Of a stretch of 64,000 bases of DNA, positions 47,292 to 55,603 are shown one piece after another. The stretch lies in assembly GCA_965261385.1 (NCBI GenBank), contig CBDHDB010000001.1:161145-225144 (forward strand), in the 5' to 3' direction. Origin of the DNA: Dehalococcoidia bacterium. GTDB taxonomy: Bacteria; Chloroflexota; Dehalococcoidia; Lucifugimonadales; Australimonadaceae. Both the position numbers and the translations under genes were made by a program. How positions within the stretch are numbered: the stretch's first letter is position 1; every line of letters starts with the position of its first letter. The notes under the pieces are model-generated. The model saw only the letters and a program-made list of their open reading frames with translations, searched no databases and was not told the origin of the DNA.

Positions 47292-47393
47292 GCCGCCCCA
47301 CTCGCCAATCAACGCCCCCGTCCCACCAACCACCACTGTGACACTTGCCCCTTACCCCAACCCCCCTCCCCCACGTAAAATTAACGCCAGACA

Positions 47394-47427
47394 GGCCCTG
47401 GGAAGCACGGCGACCCGGGGCCTTTTT
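47394..47427 (+). terminator. terminator-like hairpin in the leader of the rep-like gene
   Basis: GGCCCTGGG, 11-nt loop, CCCGGGGCC, then TTTTT. Lies 28 nt upstream of ATG 47455. This segment is absent from copy A. Confidence 0.4.
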
Positions 47428-47454
47428 GCATCCTTGAAACAGAGGCCCCCCACC

Positions 47455-48830
47455 ATGCCCACTCCCCAAGACGACAACTACCTCCACGCCGTCTCACGCG
47501 CCCTCCGGTGCGGCAACCCCGATTGCCCGTGCGCCTCCGAACCCCCGCGACTCCACTGCCCCATCCACCCCACTCCCGACGTCCCCACCCTCACCGTCGA
47601 CTTCGACGATTACCTCGGCTTCACCTTCCAATGCTCCTCCGACTCCTGCGACGACGCCCGCATCGCCTCCGCCCTCGCCAAACGCGGACTCGCCCCCGAC
47701 TCATGGCTCTACACCTCCACCGGCGCCCAGGAAGCCGGACTCAACCCCCTCTCTCTCATGGTTCCTCACCCGCAAGACTGGCTATGGCCCAACCGCATCC
47801 CCATGGCCGCTCTCACACTCATCGCCGGATTCCCCGGCTCTGGCAAGACCGCCATCGCCCTCGACATCGCCGCACGCGTCTCCGTCGGCGCCCCTGCCCC
47901 CGACAACCCCAATGCTGCCTTCCTCCGTGCTCCCGTCCTCATCGCTCCCTTCAACCGCGCCCCCGCTTCCGCCATACCCCTCCTTCGCGCTTTCCGCGCG
48001 GACCTCTCCCTCATCTACTTCGCCGATACCCTCTCACCCGAGCACCTCGCCGATCTCCCCGAAGGCCAGTCTCTCCCGGACTACGAGGCCCTCGAGCACA
48101 AGGCCAAGCTCCACGACAGGGCACGCTCCATGGAGGACCTCTGGCAGTCCCCCATGCCCGACGAGATGAAGCGGCCCCTCAAGGTCCCCGACCGTCCTCC
48201 CTGGCCCGGACTTGACCTCCTCATGCGACGCCTCCACAACCTCATCGTCCGCGGCAGCGTAGCTCTCCTCATCGTCGACCAGGTCCGAAGACCTCGCCGC
48301 CCGCCGCGCCGCACGGCCCCTCACCGTCCTCGGCAAGCTCAACGGACTCGCCGCGCGCACCGGCGCCGCCGTTATCGCCATCGCCCACAATCCCGAGCCC
48401 GCGCTCCCAAAGGCCGCTCACTCCCTGCGCCGGACCCTCTCCGCCGCCGCCGTCGTCTTCACCACTGCCCTCGCCAGACCCAACCGTCGACGTGTCCTCT
48501 TCCCCCTCCGCCCGCCCATCGACGATGCCCCTCCCCCCATTCCCTACTCCCTCGCATCCCCCCAAATCGCCTGGCGCAAACCCATCCCGCAACGCCGCTC
48601 GCAGCTTCATCCTGCACGCCCTCGCCGGCGGCCCCAAACCCGCCGCCCGGATCAAGCAGGAAGCCGAGGACCTCGGTATCTCCAAACACCAACTCGCACT
48701 AGCCCGCGCCTTCTACAACGTGACAACTGTGAACACCCGGTCCAAGGATTCCACTGGGAAGCGGTGGTGCTGGACTTTCCCTCCCGCGCCCCCCTCGCAA
48801 GAGACGGTTCCCCTGGAAATCCCCGCATGA
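47455..48830 (+). pseudogene. replication-initiator-like gene (primase-type Cys/His finger, P-loop RepA/DnaB-like ATPase, C-terminal wHTH), two frameshifts
   Basis: Frame 1: MPTPQDD...CGNPDCPC...HCPIHPTPDVPTLTV...FQCSSDSCDD, Walker A GFPGSGKT, Walker B LLIVDQV. Shift near 48283-48287 to EDLAARRAARPLTVLGKLNGLAARTGAAVIAIAHN. Shift near 48581-48593 to ARSFILHALAGGPKPAARIKQEAEDLGISKHQLALARAF...KRWCWTFPP. Confidence 0.7.
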
Positions 48831-48932
48831 ATTACAGAACAAACATCAGTCAGGAAGTAGTTCCAATACCCAGGAAGCAGGCCACGGCCATAAAAACACG
48901 CCCCGCCAGCCCTGTTTTCGCATGTTTTTCCG

Positions 48933-49030
48933 GGAAGTTTTGACTCGTAAGCCAATGGGAGACTCGGGAATTTTTTACTCGTAGCAAAAATGAGGTGGGG
49001 AACTTTTTTCACCCAACGGGGAACTTCCCG
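48933..49030 (+). repeat. iteron-like direct repeat array
   Basis: GGGAAGTTTTGACTCGTAAGC (48933), GGGAATTTTTTACTCGTAGC (48967), GGGGAACTTTTTTCACCCAAC (48998), terminal half GGGGAACTTCCC (49019). Spacing is 34, 31 and 21 nt. Confidence 0.7.
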
Positions 49031-49051
49031 TATCCGTCCTCCGCCGCCCGC

Positions 49052-49620
49052 CTAACTCCAGACCGGGAGGGGTCCAAGGAGTGCTTCGTCGGCGCGGCGG
49101 ATGATCGTCTCGACCGTTTCATCGGGGGTCATGCCCGACGTGTCCAGCCAGAGGCCCAGGCCTTGCATCTGCTCGCGCAGCTCCGCGTCCAGGTAAGCGA
49201 ACCTCTCGGCCACGTGCTTTTCGACGCGTCCGCTGTCCCGCTCGATCGCGACCTCGACAGGGGGCGCGAGCACGATGTACCGGAGCGACCAGCGGGAGAG
49301 GACCTCCCGGTAGCGCGCCATTTGCGGCCGCAGAATGACATCGTCAACGATGGGCGTGAACCCGGCGCTCATCAACGAGTCCGCCAAGAGCGCGGAGTTG
49401 CGGGCGCCAAGCTCCAGCTGCGCGTTGGATTCAGCCAGAGGCTCCTCGCCGGGGAGCACGTACCCGGACAGGATCATCGCCCTGACCAAGTCCGTCTCGA
49501 CGTGCGCGGACCTCGGAAGCCGCCGGGCGAGTCCCCTCGAAACCGTGCTCTTCCCCGCCCCGGGCACGCCGGTGATCAGCCATACGCTATCGCTGCCCGC
49601 ACTGTCGCTGATAGAAGGCA
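49052..49620 (-). CDS. P-loop kinase-like protein (AAA_33 / chloramphenicol-phosphotransferase-like)
   Basis: GTG 49620 lies 7 nt after the helicase stop. VWLITGVPGAGKSTVSRGLARRL Walker A, ~189 aa. The track ORF extends further upstream into the helicase gene. Confidence 0.65.
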
Positions 49621-49626
49621 CCGGCC

Positions 49627-51912
49627 CTACGCTCCCAGCAGCCCGCGCAGCAGGTCCTGCGCAACGTGCTTGTCCAGCGGGTGGTTGTTGTTGCCGCACT
49701 TCGGCGACTGTATGCAGGACGGGCACCCACTAGCGCATGGGCACTGCGACACCGCATCGAGGGTCGCCGACAACAGCTCCTCGATGGCCTCGTAGCCATG
49801 CTCCGCGATGCCGACGCCGCCGGGATGGCCGTCGTAGATGAACACCTGCGGCTCGCCAGTGTCGGGATGCAAGGCCGTGGAGACGCCGCCGATATCGTTG
49901 CGGTCGCACAGGGCGAAGAGGGGCAGCACGCCGATTGCCGCGTGCTCCATGGCGTGCAGCCCGCCCGGCAAGTCGACGCGCTCGCGCAGCGCCCGGCTGT
50001 ACGTCGGCACGGGCAGGTCGAACCAGACAGCCATCGTGCGGAACTCCCAGGGCGGCAGGTCGAGCAGCTCGTCGCCCAAGTCGTCGTCCGGCCGCTCCGA
50101 GTAGAGCCCGCGCTTGCGGTAGCCGACGACGCGCCGCGACACCTCGACCTCGCCGACGCACACCCGCGCGCCGTTCAACTCCTTCTCCGCGCGCGTCTCG
50201 ATGACCCGGATGTCGGTCAGGTCGCGCGACTCGGTGTAGTAGGGCGCGTCGGTCCTGTTCAGGTAGGCGACGCCGGCGTCGAGGTCCAGGGATCCGACAA
50301 CGTAGGAGTCTCCCTGGTGCAGGTAGACGGCCCCAGGGTGGAGCTGGCTGAACGCGGAGAAGGCGTCCACATGCTCCAACACGCGACCCGACTGGGATTC
50401 GACGGCGAGGAATTGCCGGTGCGAGAGCGACCTGATGTTCACCTCTTGCGCCGGATACTCCACCGACGGCGAGATGAACCAGCGCCCGTTCCGCTCGTGC
50501 AGGGCGCCCTCGGCGGCCAGGGCCTCCACCTGCGGACCAAAGCTCCCACCGAAAAGCGCCGCGTCCTCCGGGGTGAGCGGCAGCTCGTAGGCCGCCGCCT
50601 TGAGATGCGGCCCCAGCACGTAGGGGTTGCCCGGCCGGATGCGGGCGTGCTCGTGGGAGCGTCCGAAGAAGAAGTCCGGGTGACGCATCAGATACTGGTC
50701 GAGCGGATTGTCCTGGGCGACGAGCACGCTCAGCGAGCCGTCGCCGCTCCTGCCGCTGCGCCCCGCCTGTTGCCACGTGCTGGCGATGCTGCCGGGGTAA
50801 CCCGTGAGCAGCGTCGCGTCCAGGTCGCCGATGTCGATGCCCAGCTCCAGCGCGTTCGTCGCCACCACGCCCAGCAGGTCGCCGTTCAGCAGGCCCCGCT
50901 CGACCTCGCGGCGGTCCTCGGCCAGGTACGATGCGCGGTACGGCCGCAGGCGTTTCGCCAGCGGCTCGTCGTCGCCGGTCAGCCGATCGCGGACGTTCAC
51001 GTAGACGAGCTCGGCCTGCCGCCGGGTGCGCACGAAGGCGAGGGTGCGGACGTCGCGGCGCAGCAGCATTTCGAGGAGCCGTGATGTCTCGCTCCGCGCG
51101 CTCGCCCTCGCGCCGCGCTCCTCGTCGAGGATCGGCGGGTCCCAGAACACGAAATGCTTCGAGCCGTGGGGCGCGCCGTCCTCGTCGATGACCTCGACGG
51201 GCTTGCCGATGAGGCCCTCGGCCAGCTCGCCCGGGTTCGCTATCGTGGCCGAGCAGAGGATGAATACCGGGTCGCTCCCGTAGCGGGCGCAGAGCCTGCG
51301 AAGCCGGCGAACCACGTTCGCAACGTGCGAGCCGAATACGCCCCGGTAGACGTGCGCCTCGTCGATCACCACATACCGCAACGACGGGAGCAGCCGCGGC
51401 CAAGCTCGGTGGTTCGGCAACATGCCGAAGTGCAGCATGTCCGGGTTCGTCAGGACCGCCTGCGCCGACCGACGTATCCCGCTCCGCTCCGCCGACGGCG
51501 TATCGCCGTCGAAGATGGCGACCTTCGCCGCAAGCTTGGGCGGGAGCAGCCCCTGCAACCCCCGCAGCTGGTCCTGGGCGAGCGCCTTGGTGGGGAAGAG
51601 GTAGAGCGCACGCGCCGAGGGGTCCGTCAGGAGCGCCTGGGCGACGGGAACGTGGCAGCACAGGCTCTTTCCGCTGGCCGCGGGCGTGACGACCGCCATG
51701 TCCCGCCCGTCCAGCGCCGTATCGATCGCGTGCGCCTGGTGGGTGTACAGCGGCATCTGCCCGCGGGCCGACAGCGCGGCCTCGAGGCTGGGGACGAGGT
51801 CGTGACTCAGAGATGCGTGAGCAGCAGGCCTCTGGGGGACCTCTTCGACGTGCGCGAGCTCGTTGTGCAGCGAGGTCACGCCCAAGTGCTCGACGAAGCG
51901 CGCGGCGTCCAT
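49627..51912 (-). CDS. DEAD/DEAH-box helicase with C-terminal DUF1998 zinc domain (MrfA/YprA-like)
   Basis: 761 aa. TPAASGKS motif I, VIDEAH motif II, CSATIANP, GRSGR. C-terminal CPCASGCPSCIQSPKCGNNNHPLDK four-Cys cluster. Confidence 0.9.
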   Translation of the reverse strand: MDAARFVEHLGVTSLHNELAHVEEVPQRPAAHASLSHDLVPSLEAALSARGQMPLYTHQAHAIDTALDGRDMAVVTPAASGKSLCCHVPVAQALLTDPSARALYLFPTKALAQDQLRGLQGLLPPKLAAKVAIFDGDTPSAERSGIRRSAQAVLTNPDMLHFGMLPNHRAWPRLLPSLRYVVIDEAHVYRGVFGSHVANVVRRLRRLCARYGSDPVFILCSATIANPGELAEGLIGKPVEVIDEDGAPHGSKHFVFWDPPILDEERGARASARSETSRLLEMLLRRDVRTLAFVRTRRQAELVYVNVRDRLTGDDEPLAKRLRPYRASYLAEDRREVERGLLNGDLLGVVATNALELGIDIGDLDATLLTGYPGSIASTWQQAGRSGRSGDGSLSVLVAQDNPLDQYLMRHPDFFFGRSHEHARIRPGNPYVLGPHLKAAAYELPLTPEDAALFGGSFGPQVEALAAEGALHERNGRWFISPSVEYPAQEVNIRSLSHRQFLAVESQSGRVLEHVDAFSAFSQLHPGAVYLHQGDSYVVGSLDLDAGVAYLNRTDAPYYTESRDLTDIRVIETRAEKELNGARVCVGEVEVSRRVVGYRKRGLYSERPDDDLGDELLDLPPWEFRTMAVWFDLPVPTYSRALRERVDLPGGLHAMEHAAIGVLPLFALCDRNDIGGVSTALHPDTGEPQVFIYDGHPGGVGIAEHGYEAIEELLSATLDAVSQCPCASGCPSCIQSPKCGNNNHPLDKHVAQDLLRGLLGA

Positions 51913-52205
51913 CAGGCCCAGTCGAGCGCCTCGCGCTCGACGTCGACGAGCTCGGCGTCGAAGTCCTGCGCCTCCACGAAGCGCACCGCCTTATCGAGCA
52001 TCTCGTTCACGTGTCCGAGGTCGTTGCTCACGCAGGCCAGGCCGATGACGAGCCGCTGGTGCTCGTCCACGCCGTCGACCTCCGCAGCCGCGAGGTTGAA
52101 CTTCTGCCGCAGTCGCGTGATGAGCGAGCGCGAGACCTGGCGCTTGCCCTTGAGCGAGTCGTTGCCATGGAGCCGGAAGGTGAGGCGACAAGAGCCGATA
52201 TGCAC
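51912..52205 (-). CDS. DUF503 (YlxP-like) protein
   Basis: GTG 52205 gives 97 aa: VHIGSCRLTFRLHGNDSLKGKRQVSRSLITRLRQKFNLAAAEVDGVDEHQRLVIGLACVSND. Stop overlaps the helicase ATG (TGATG). Confidence 0.75.
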   Translation of the reverse strand: MHIGSCRLTFRLHGNDSLKGKRQVSRSLITRLRQKFNLAAAEVDGVDEHQRLVIGLACVSNDLGHVNEMLDKAVRFVEAQDFDAELVDVEREALDWA

Positions 52206-52372
52206 TGAACGTCCGCCAGGGAGGGGTAGGAGCAATATAGCACGGGCCCAGCGAGGTCGGAGGACTCGGCTTCACGATTGGCAGGCGCAGTGCTATGGTC
52301 GAATTGCTATCGGCGAGGAAGCCGCCGCGCGCGGCGTCGGCTCCAGTCTGTCTATCTTAGGAGGGCAACGGC

Positions 52373-53434
52373 ATGCCAGTAATAGATGCGGATGCGCATG
52401 TTGTGGAGACGGAGCGGACCTGGGAATTCATGGACCCATCGGAGGCTGGCTTCAGGCCTGTTCTCGCAGCCCCCACGAACGCTCCCGGCAACCTTCGATG
52501 GCTGATCGACGATAAGCTCCGGCGCCGAGCGATGCTGTCGAGGAGCAACGAGTCCCTCCCGCAGGGGAGGAACACGGCGACGCCGGCCGAAGCGCGGGAG
52601 ATGGCTGACCTCGACGCCCGGCTGCGGCATATGAACGAGCTTGGGATCGACGTGCAGGTGCTGCACAACACGCTGTTCATCGAGCAGGTCGCTGAGCGGC
52701 CGGAGGTTGAGCTGGCTATCTGCAAAGGGTGGAACCGCTGGCTGGCCGATATCTGGGAGCGCGGGGATGGCCGCTTCCGATGGTCTTGCGTTCTGCCGCT
52801 GATGCGGATGAACGACGCGCTTGACGAGCTGCGATTCGCCAAGGAGCATGGCTCCGTCGCCGTCTGCCTGCGCCCCATCGAGGCGTCACGCACGCTGCCG
52901 GACGTGTACTTCTACCCGATCTACGAGGAGGCTAGCCGACTGGACATGGCGATTGCCGTCCACATAGCAAACGGAAACTCGGAAGTGTGCGACGTGCTGC
53001 GGTCCCCCTACGACCCAGGGTCGGCGTTCGGGATGTTCCGGGCGATGACCGCGGTGTCCTGCCATTCATACATGGTGAGCGAGCTGCCGAAGCGCTTCCC
53101 GGACCTCCGCTGGGGGTTCATCGAGGCAAGCGCTCAGTGGGCGCCGTGGGTGGTCCACGAAGCCGCGCGCCGACACGAGGCAGCCGGAAAGGCGTTTCCC
53201 GAGAACCCGTTCCGCGAGTTTCGGGCGTACGTGACGTGCCAGAATGACGACGATCTCCCCTATGTCCTCGGATATACGGGGGAGGACAATCTCGTCATCG
53301 GAACCGATTACGGCCACTTCGACCCGTCAAGCGAGATTGATGCAATCGCGATATTGCGAGGGCGGAGCGACATCAGTCCGCGCGTGATCGAGAAGATTAC
53401 GGACGACAACCCGCGCGCACTCTACGCGCTGTAG
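52373..53434 (+). CDS. amidohydrolase-2 family metal-dependent hydrolase
   Basis: 353 aa. MPVIDADAHVVE N-terminal His pair, ...AVHIANG..., GTDYGHFD. Confidence 0.8.
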   Translation: MPVIDADAHVVETERTWEFMDPSEAGFRPVLAAPTNAPGNLRWLIDDKLRRRAMLSRSNESLPQGRNTATPAEAREMADLDARLRHMNELGIDVQVLHNTLFIEQVAERPEVELAICKGWNRWLADIWERGDGRFRWSCVLPLMRMNDALDELRFAKEHGSVAVCLRPIEASRTLPDVYFYPIYEEASRLDMAIAVHIANGNSEVCDVLRSPYDPGSAFGMFRAMTAVSCHSYMVSELPKRFPDLRWGFIEASAQWAPWVVHEAARRHEAAGKAFPENPFREFRAYVTCQNDDDLPYVLGYTGEDNLVIGTDYGHFDPSSEIDAIAILRGRSDISPRVIEKITDDNPRALYAL

Positions 53435-53471
53435 TCAGCCTGTCCCTGGATGCACCCCCTCCCGGTGGCGA

Positions 53472-54488
53472 TTATGCCAATAGACAGGCGGCTTCGTGCA
53501 AGGGGCCGACCCGCTTCAGTTCAGGAATGGTGACCTTACATTCGTCGATCGCCACGGGGCAGCGCGTGTGGAAGACGCAGCCTGAGGGTGGATTGGCAGG
53601 GCTGGGGATAGAGCCCTGAAGCGGCACACGCTCCCGAGTTGCTTCGATGGCCGGGTCTGGGATAGGCACCGCAGAGAGCAGGGCTTGCGTATAGGGGTGC
53701 TTGGGGCTGTTATAGATGTCCTGGGAACTTGCGATCTCCATAATCTTGCCGAGGTACATCACTGCGACCCTATCCGCGATGTGCCGAACAACCGCCATGT
53801 CGTGGGCCACGAACAGGTAGGTGAGGCCCAGCTGCTCCTGGAGGTCTTGGAGCAGATTGATCAGTTGCGCCTGAATGGATACGTCTAGCGCTGAGATGGG
53901 CTCGTCGGCGACGATGAAATCGGGTTCGACGGCTAGCGCGCGCGCGATGCCGATTCGCTGACGCTGGCCCCCACTGAACTCATGGGGGTATCGCGATTTC
54001 ATATTCGGATGGAGACCGACCAAGCCGAGGAGCTCGTTGACACGCGTATCTTTCTCCTCTTTCGTACTGGCGAGCTTATGCACCCGCAACGGCTCGCCGA
54101 TGATGCTGCCGGCCGTCGCCCTCGGGTCAAGTGAGGAATAGGGATCCTGAAAAATGACCTGGAGATGCCGCCGAAACGGCTGCATCTTTCGAGGACCCAA
54201 TGCGGTGAGGTCAATTCCATTGAAGTCGACGTGCCCAGCGGTAGGCTTTTGGAGGTTGAGGATCGAGCGGCCGACCGTGGTCTTCCCAGAGCCGCTCTCA
54301 CCGACAAGGCCGAGTGTCTCGCCACGCTTGACGTCGAAGGTGACGTCGTCGACGGCTTTGATGTCGCCGATGCGCCGCCGGAGGATTCCGGAAGTAATCG
54401 GGAAGTACACCTTGAGATGGTCAACTGCGACTATCGTGTCGCCCTGGCCCATGAGGCTGGTTGCTGCATTGGACGCTTGCTCAGTCAC
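53472..54488 (-). CDS. oligopeptide/dipeptide ABC transporter ATPase (OppF/DppF-like)
   Basis: GTG 54488 overlaps the upstream stop (GTGA). GESGSGKTT, FSGGQRQRIGIARAL, ADEPISALD. C-terminal Cys-containing oligopeptide-transporter domain. Confidence 0.85.
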   Translation of the reverse strand: MTEQASNAATSLMGQGDTIVAVDHLKVYFPITSGILRRRIGDIKAVDDVTFDVKRGETLGLVGESGSGKTTVGRSILNLQKPTAGHVDFNGIDLTALGPRKMQPFRRHLQVIFQDPYSSLDPRATAGSIIGEPLRVHKLASTKEEKDTRVNELLGLVGLHPNMKSRYPHEFSGGQRQRIGIARALAVEPDFIVADEPISALDVSIQAQLINLLQDLQEQLGLTYLFVAHDMAVVRHIADRVAVMYLGKIMEIASSQDIYNSPKHPYTQALLSAVPIPDPAIEATRERVPLQGSIPSPANPPSGCVFHTRCPVAIDECKVTIPELKRVGPLHEAACLLA

Positions 54489-55477
54489 GTCGCCGTCCCT
54501 AGGGTTGTCAGATCGCCGTTCCTCAAGCACGCCGACTGGTGACCGTCGCCAACGGCGACGAGAGGGGGCAAATCCGTCGCGCATGCATCGATCGCATATC
54601 GGCAGCGCTCTCGAAAGGCGCATCCGTCGGGCAGGCTAGCGAGGTCAGGCGGCATGCCGTCGATGGACTGAAGGCGGCGCCCCAGCCTGTCAAGCCTCGG
54701 CACGGACTGCAACAGTCCCAAGGTGTACGGGTGTGCAGGCCTTGCGTACACGTCGGCAGCCGTGCCCTGCTCGACGATTCGGCCGGCATACATGACGTTC
54801 ACCCGGTCGACGTAGCGCGCGACGACGCCCAGGTTGTGGGTGATGAGGATAACGGCGGTGCCAAACTTTGCTCCAAGCTCACGGATCAGGTCGAGTATCT
54901 GAGCTTGGATGGTCACGTCCAAGGCGGTGGTTGGCTCGTCTGCAATCAGCAATTTCGGCTCGCAGCTCAGAGCAATGGCAATCATCACCCGCTGCCGCAT
55001 ACCGCCGCTGAACTGATGAGGGTAATCGTCGAGACGCCGATGCGCCTCGGGGATACCCACCATCTCCAAGAGTTCCGCGGCCCGGTCCTTCGCCGCGTTC
55101 TTGCTCATCTTCAGGTGCAACCTGAGCGGTTCGGTGATCTGGGCGCTTATACTTAATACGGGATTGAGCGAGGTCATGGGCTCCTGGAAAATCATCGCAA
55201 TCCGGTTGCCCCGAATGTCCTGCATTCGTTCGTTGGCGACCTTCAACAGGTCTTCGCCTTCGAAGAACACGTGTCCATTCGTTATGCGGCCTGGAGGAGT
55301 GGCAATCAGCCGCATGATGGCGAGCGCGCTGACGCTCTTTCCGCACCCGCTTTCTCCCACTATTGCAAACATCTCCCCGTCATGCACTTCATAGCTAATG
55401 CCATTGACGGCGCGGACGGGGCCGTCATGCGTGTTGAACTGCACTTCGAGGTCGCGGACTTCCAGCAAGGTGCTCAA
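54485..55477 (-). CDS. oligopeptide/dipeptide ABC transporter ATPase (OppD/DppD-like)
   Basis: 330 aa. [32 protein letters not shown]. Confidence 0.9.
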   Translation of the reverse strand: MSTLLEVRDLEVQFNTHDGPVRAVNGISYEVHDGEMFAIVGESGCGKSVSALAIMRLIATPPGRITNGHVFFEGEDLLKVANERMQDIRGNRIAMIFQEPMTSLNPVLSISAQITEPLRLHLKMSKNAAKDRAAELLEMVGIPEAHRRLDDYPHQFSGGMRQRVMIAIALSCEPKLLIADEPTTALDVTIQAQILDLIRELGAKFGTAVILITHNLGVVARYVDRVNVMYAGRIVEQGTAADVYARPAHPYTLGLLQSVPRLDRLGRRLQSIDGMPPDLASLPDGCAFRERCRYAIDACATDLPPLVAVGDGHQSACLRNGDLTTLGTAT

Positions 55478-55603
55478 GTCAATAGGCCTGCGCTCGTGGT
55501 AGTCCGGGGGCGCTTAAACTGGGCAGTAGGCGTGTTCCCTCCCTTGGCTGTGACGTTTGGAGGGAGGCGCCGTATGCGAAGGAGCAGTCCAGCACTGAAT
55601 CCA

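Larger units (their letters stand above)
47334..49030 (+). mobile_element. composite element copy D: rep-ori-like module (longest member of the 4-copy family)
   Basis: Left box 47334-47358. CGTAAAATTAAC 47374-47385. Leader hairpin 47394-47427. Decayed rep-like gene 47455-48830. 17-mer 48851-48867. Core 48873-48890. Iteron array 48933-49030. Confidence 0.55.

Noticed and set aside
47345-47381. Left box plus CGTAAAATTAAC as a sigma70 promoter (TTGCCC ... TAAAAT)
   Set aside because: The spacing between the -35-like and -10-like hexamers is ~25 nt, too long for a standard promoter. The boxes are conserved, but their role remains open.
48933-49030. Could the direct-repeat arrays (also at 2398-2538 and 12505-12585) be mini-CRISPR arrays?
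   Set aside because: There are only 2-4 imperfect units of ~21 bp with 10-20-nt gaps, no repeat palindromicity typical of CRISPR and no cas genes. An iteron or protein-binding-site interpretation fits better.
49666-52515. Multiple 450-640-aa alternative-frame ORFs over the helicase gene (49666..51084 +, 49730..51661 -, 51154..52515 +)
   Set aside because: Only the 49627..51912 minus frame carries the helicase motifs I, II and VI and the DUF1998 Cys cluster. The others are Arg/Pro/Gly-rich, composition-driven ORFs.
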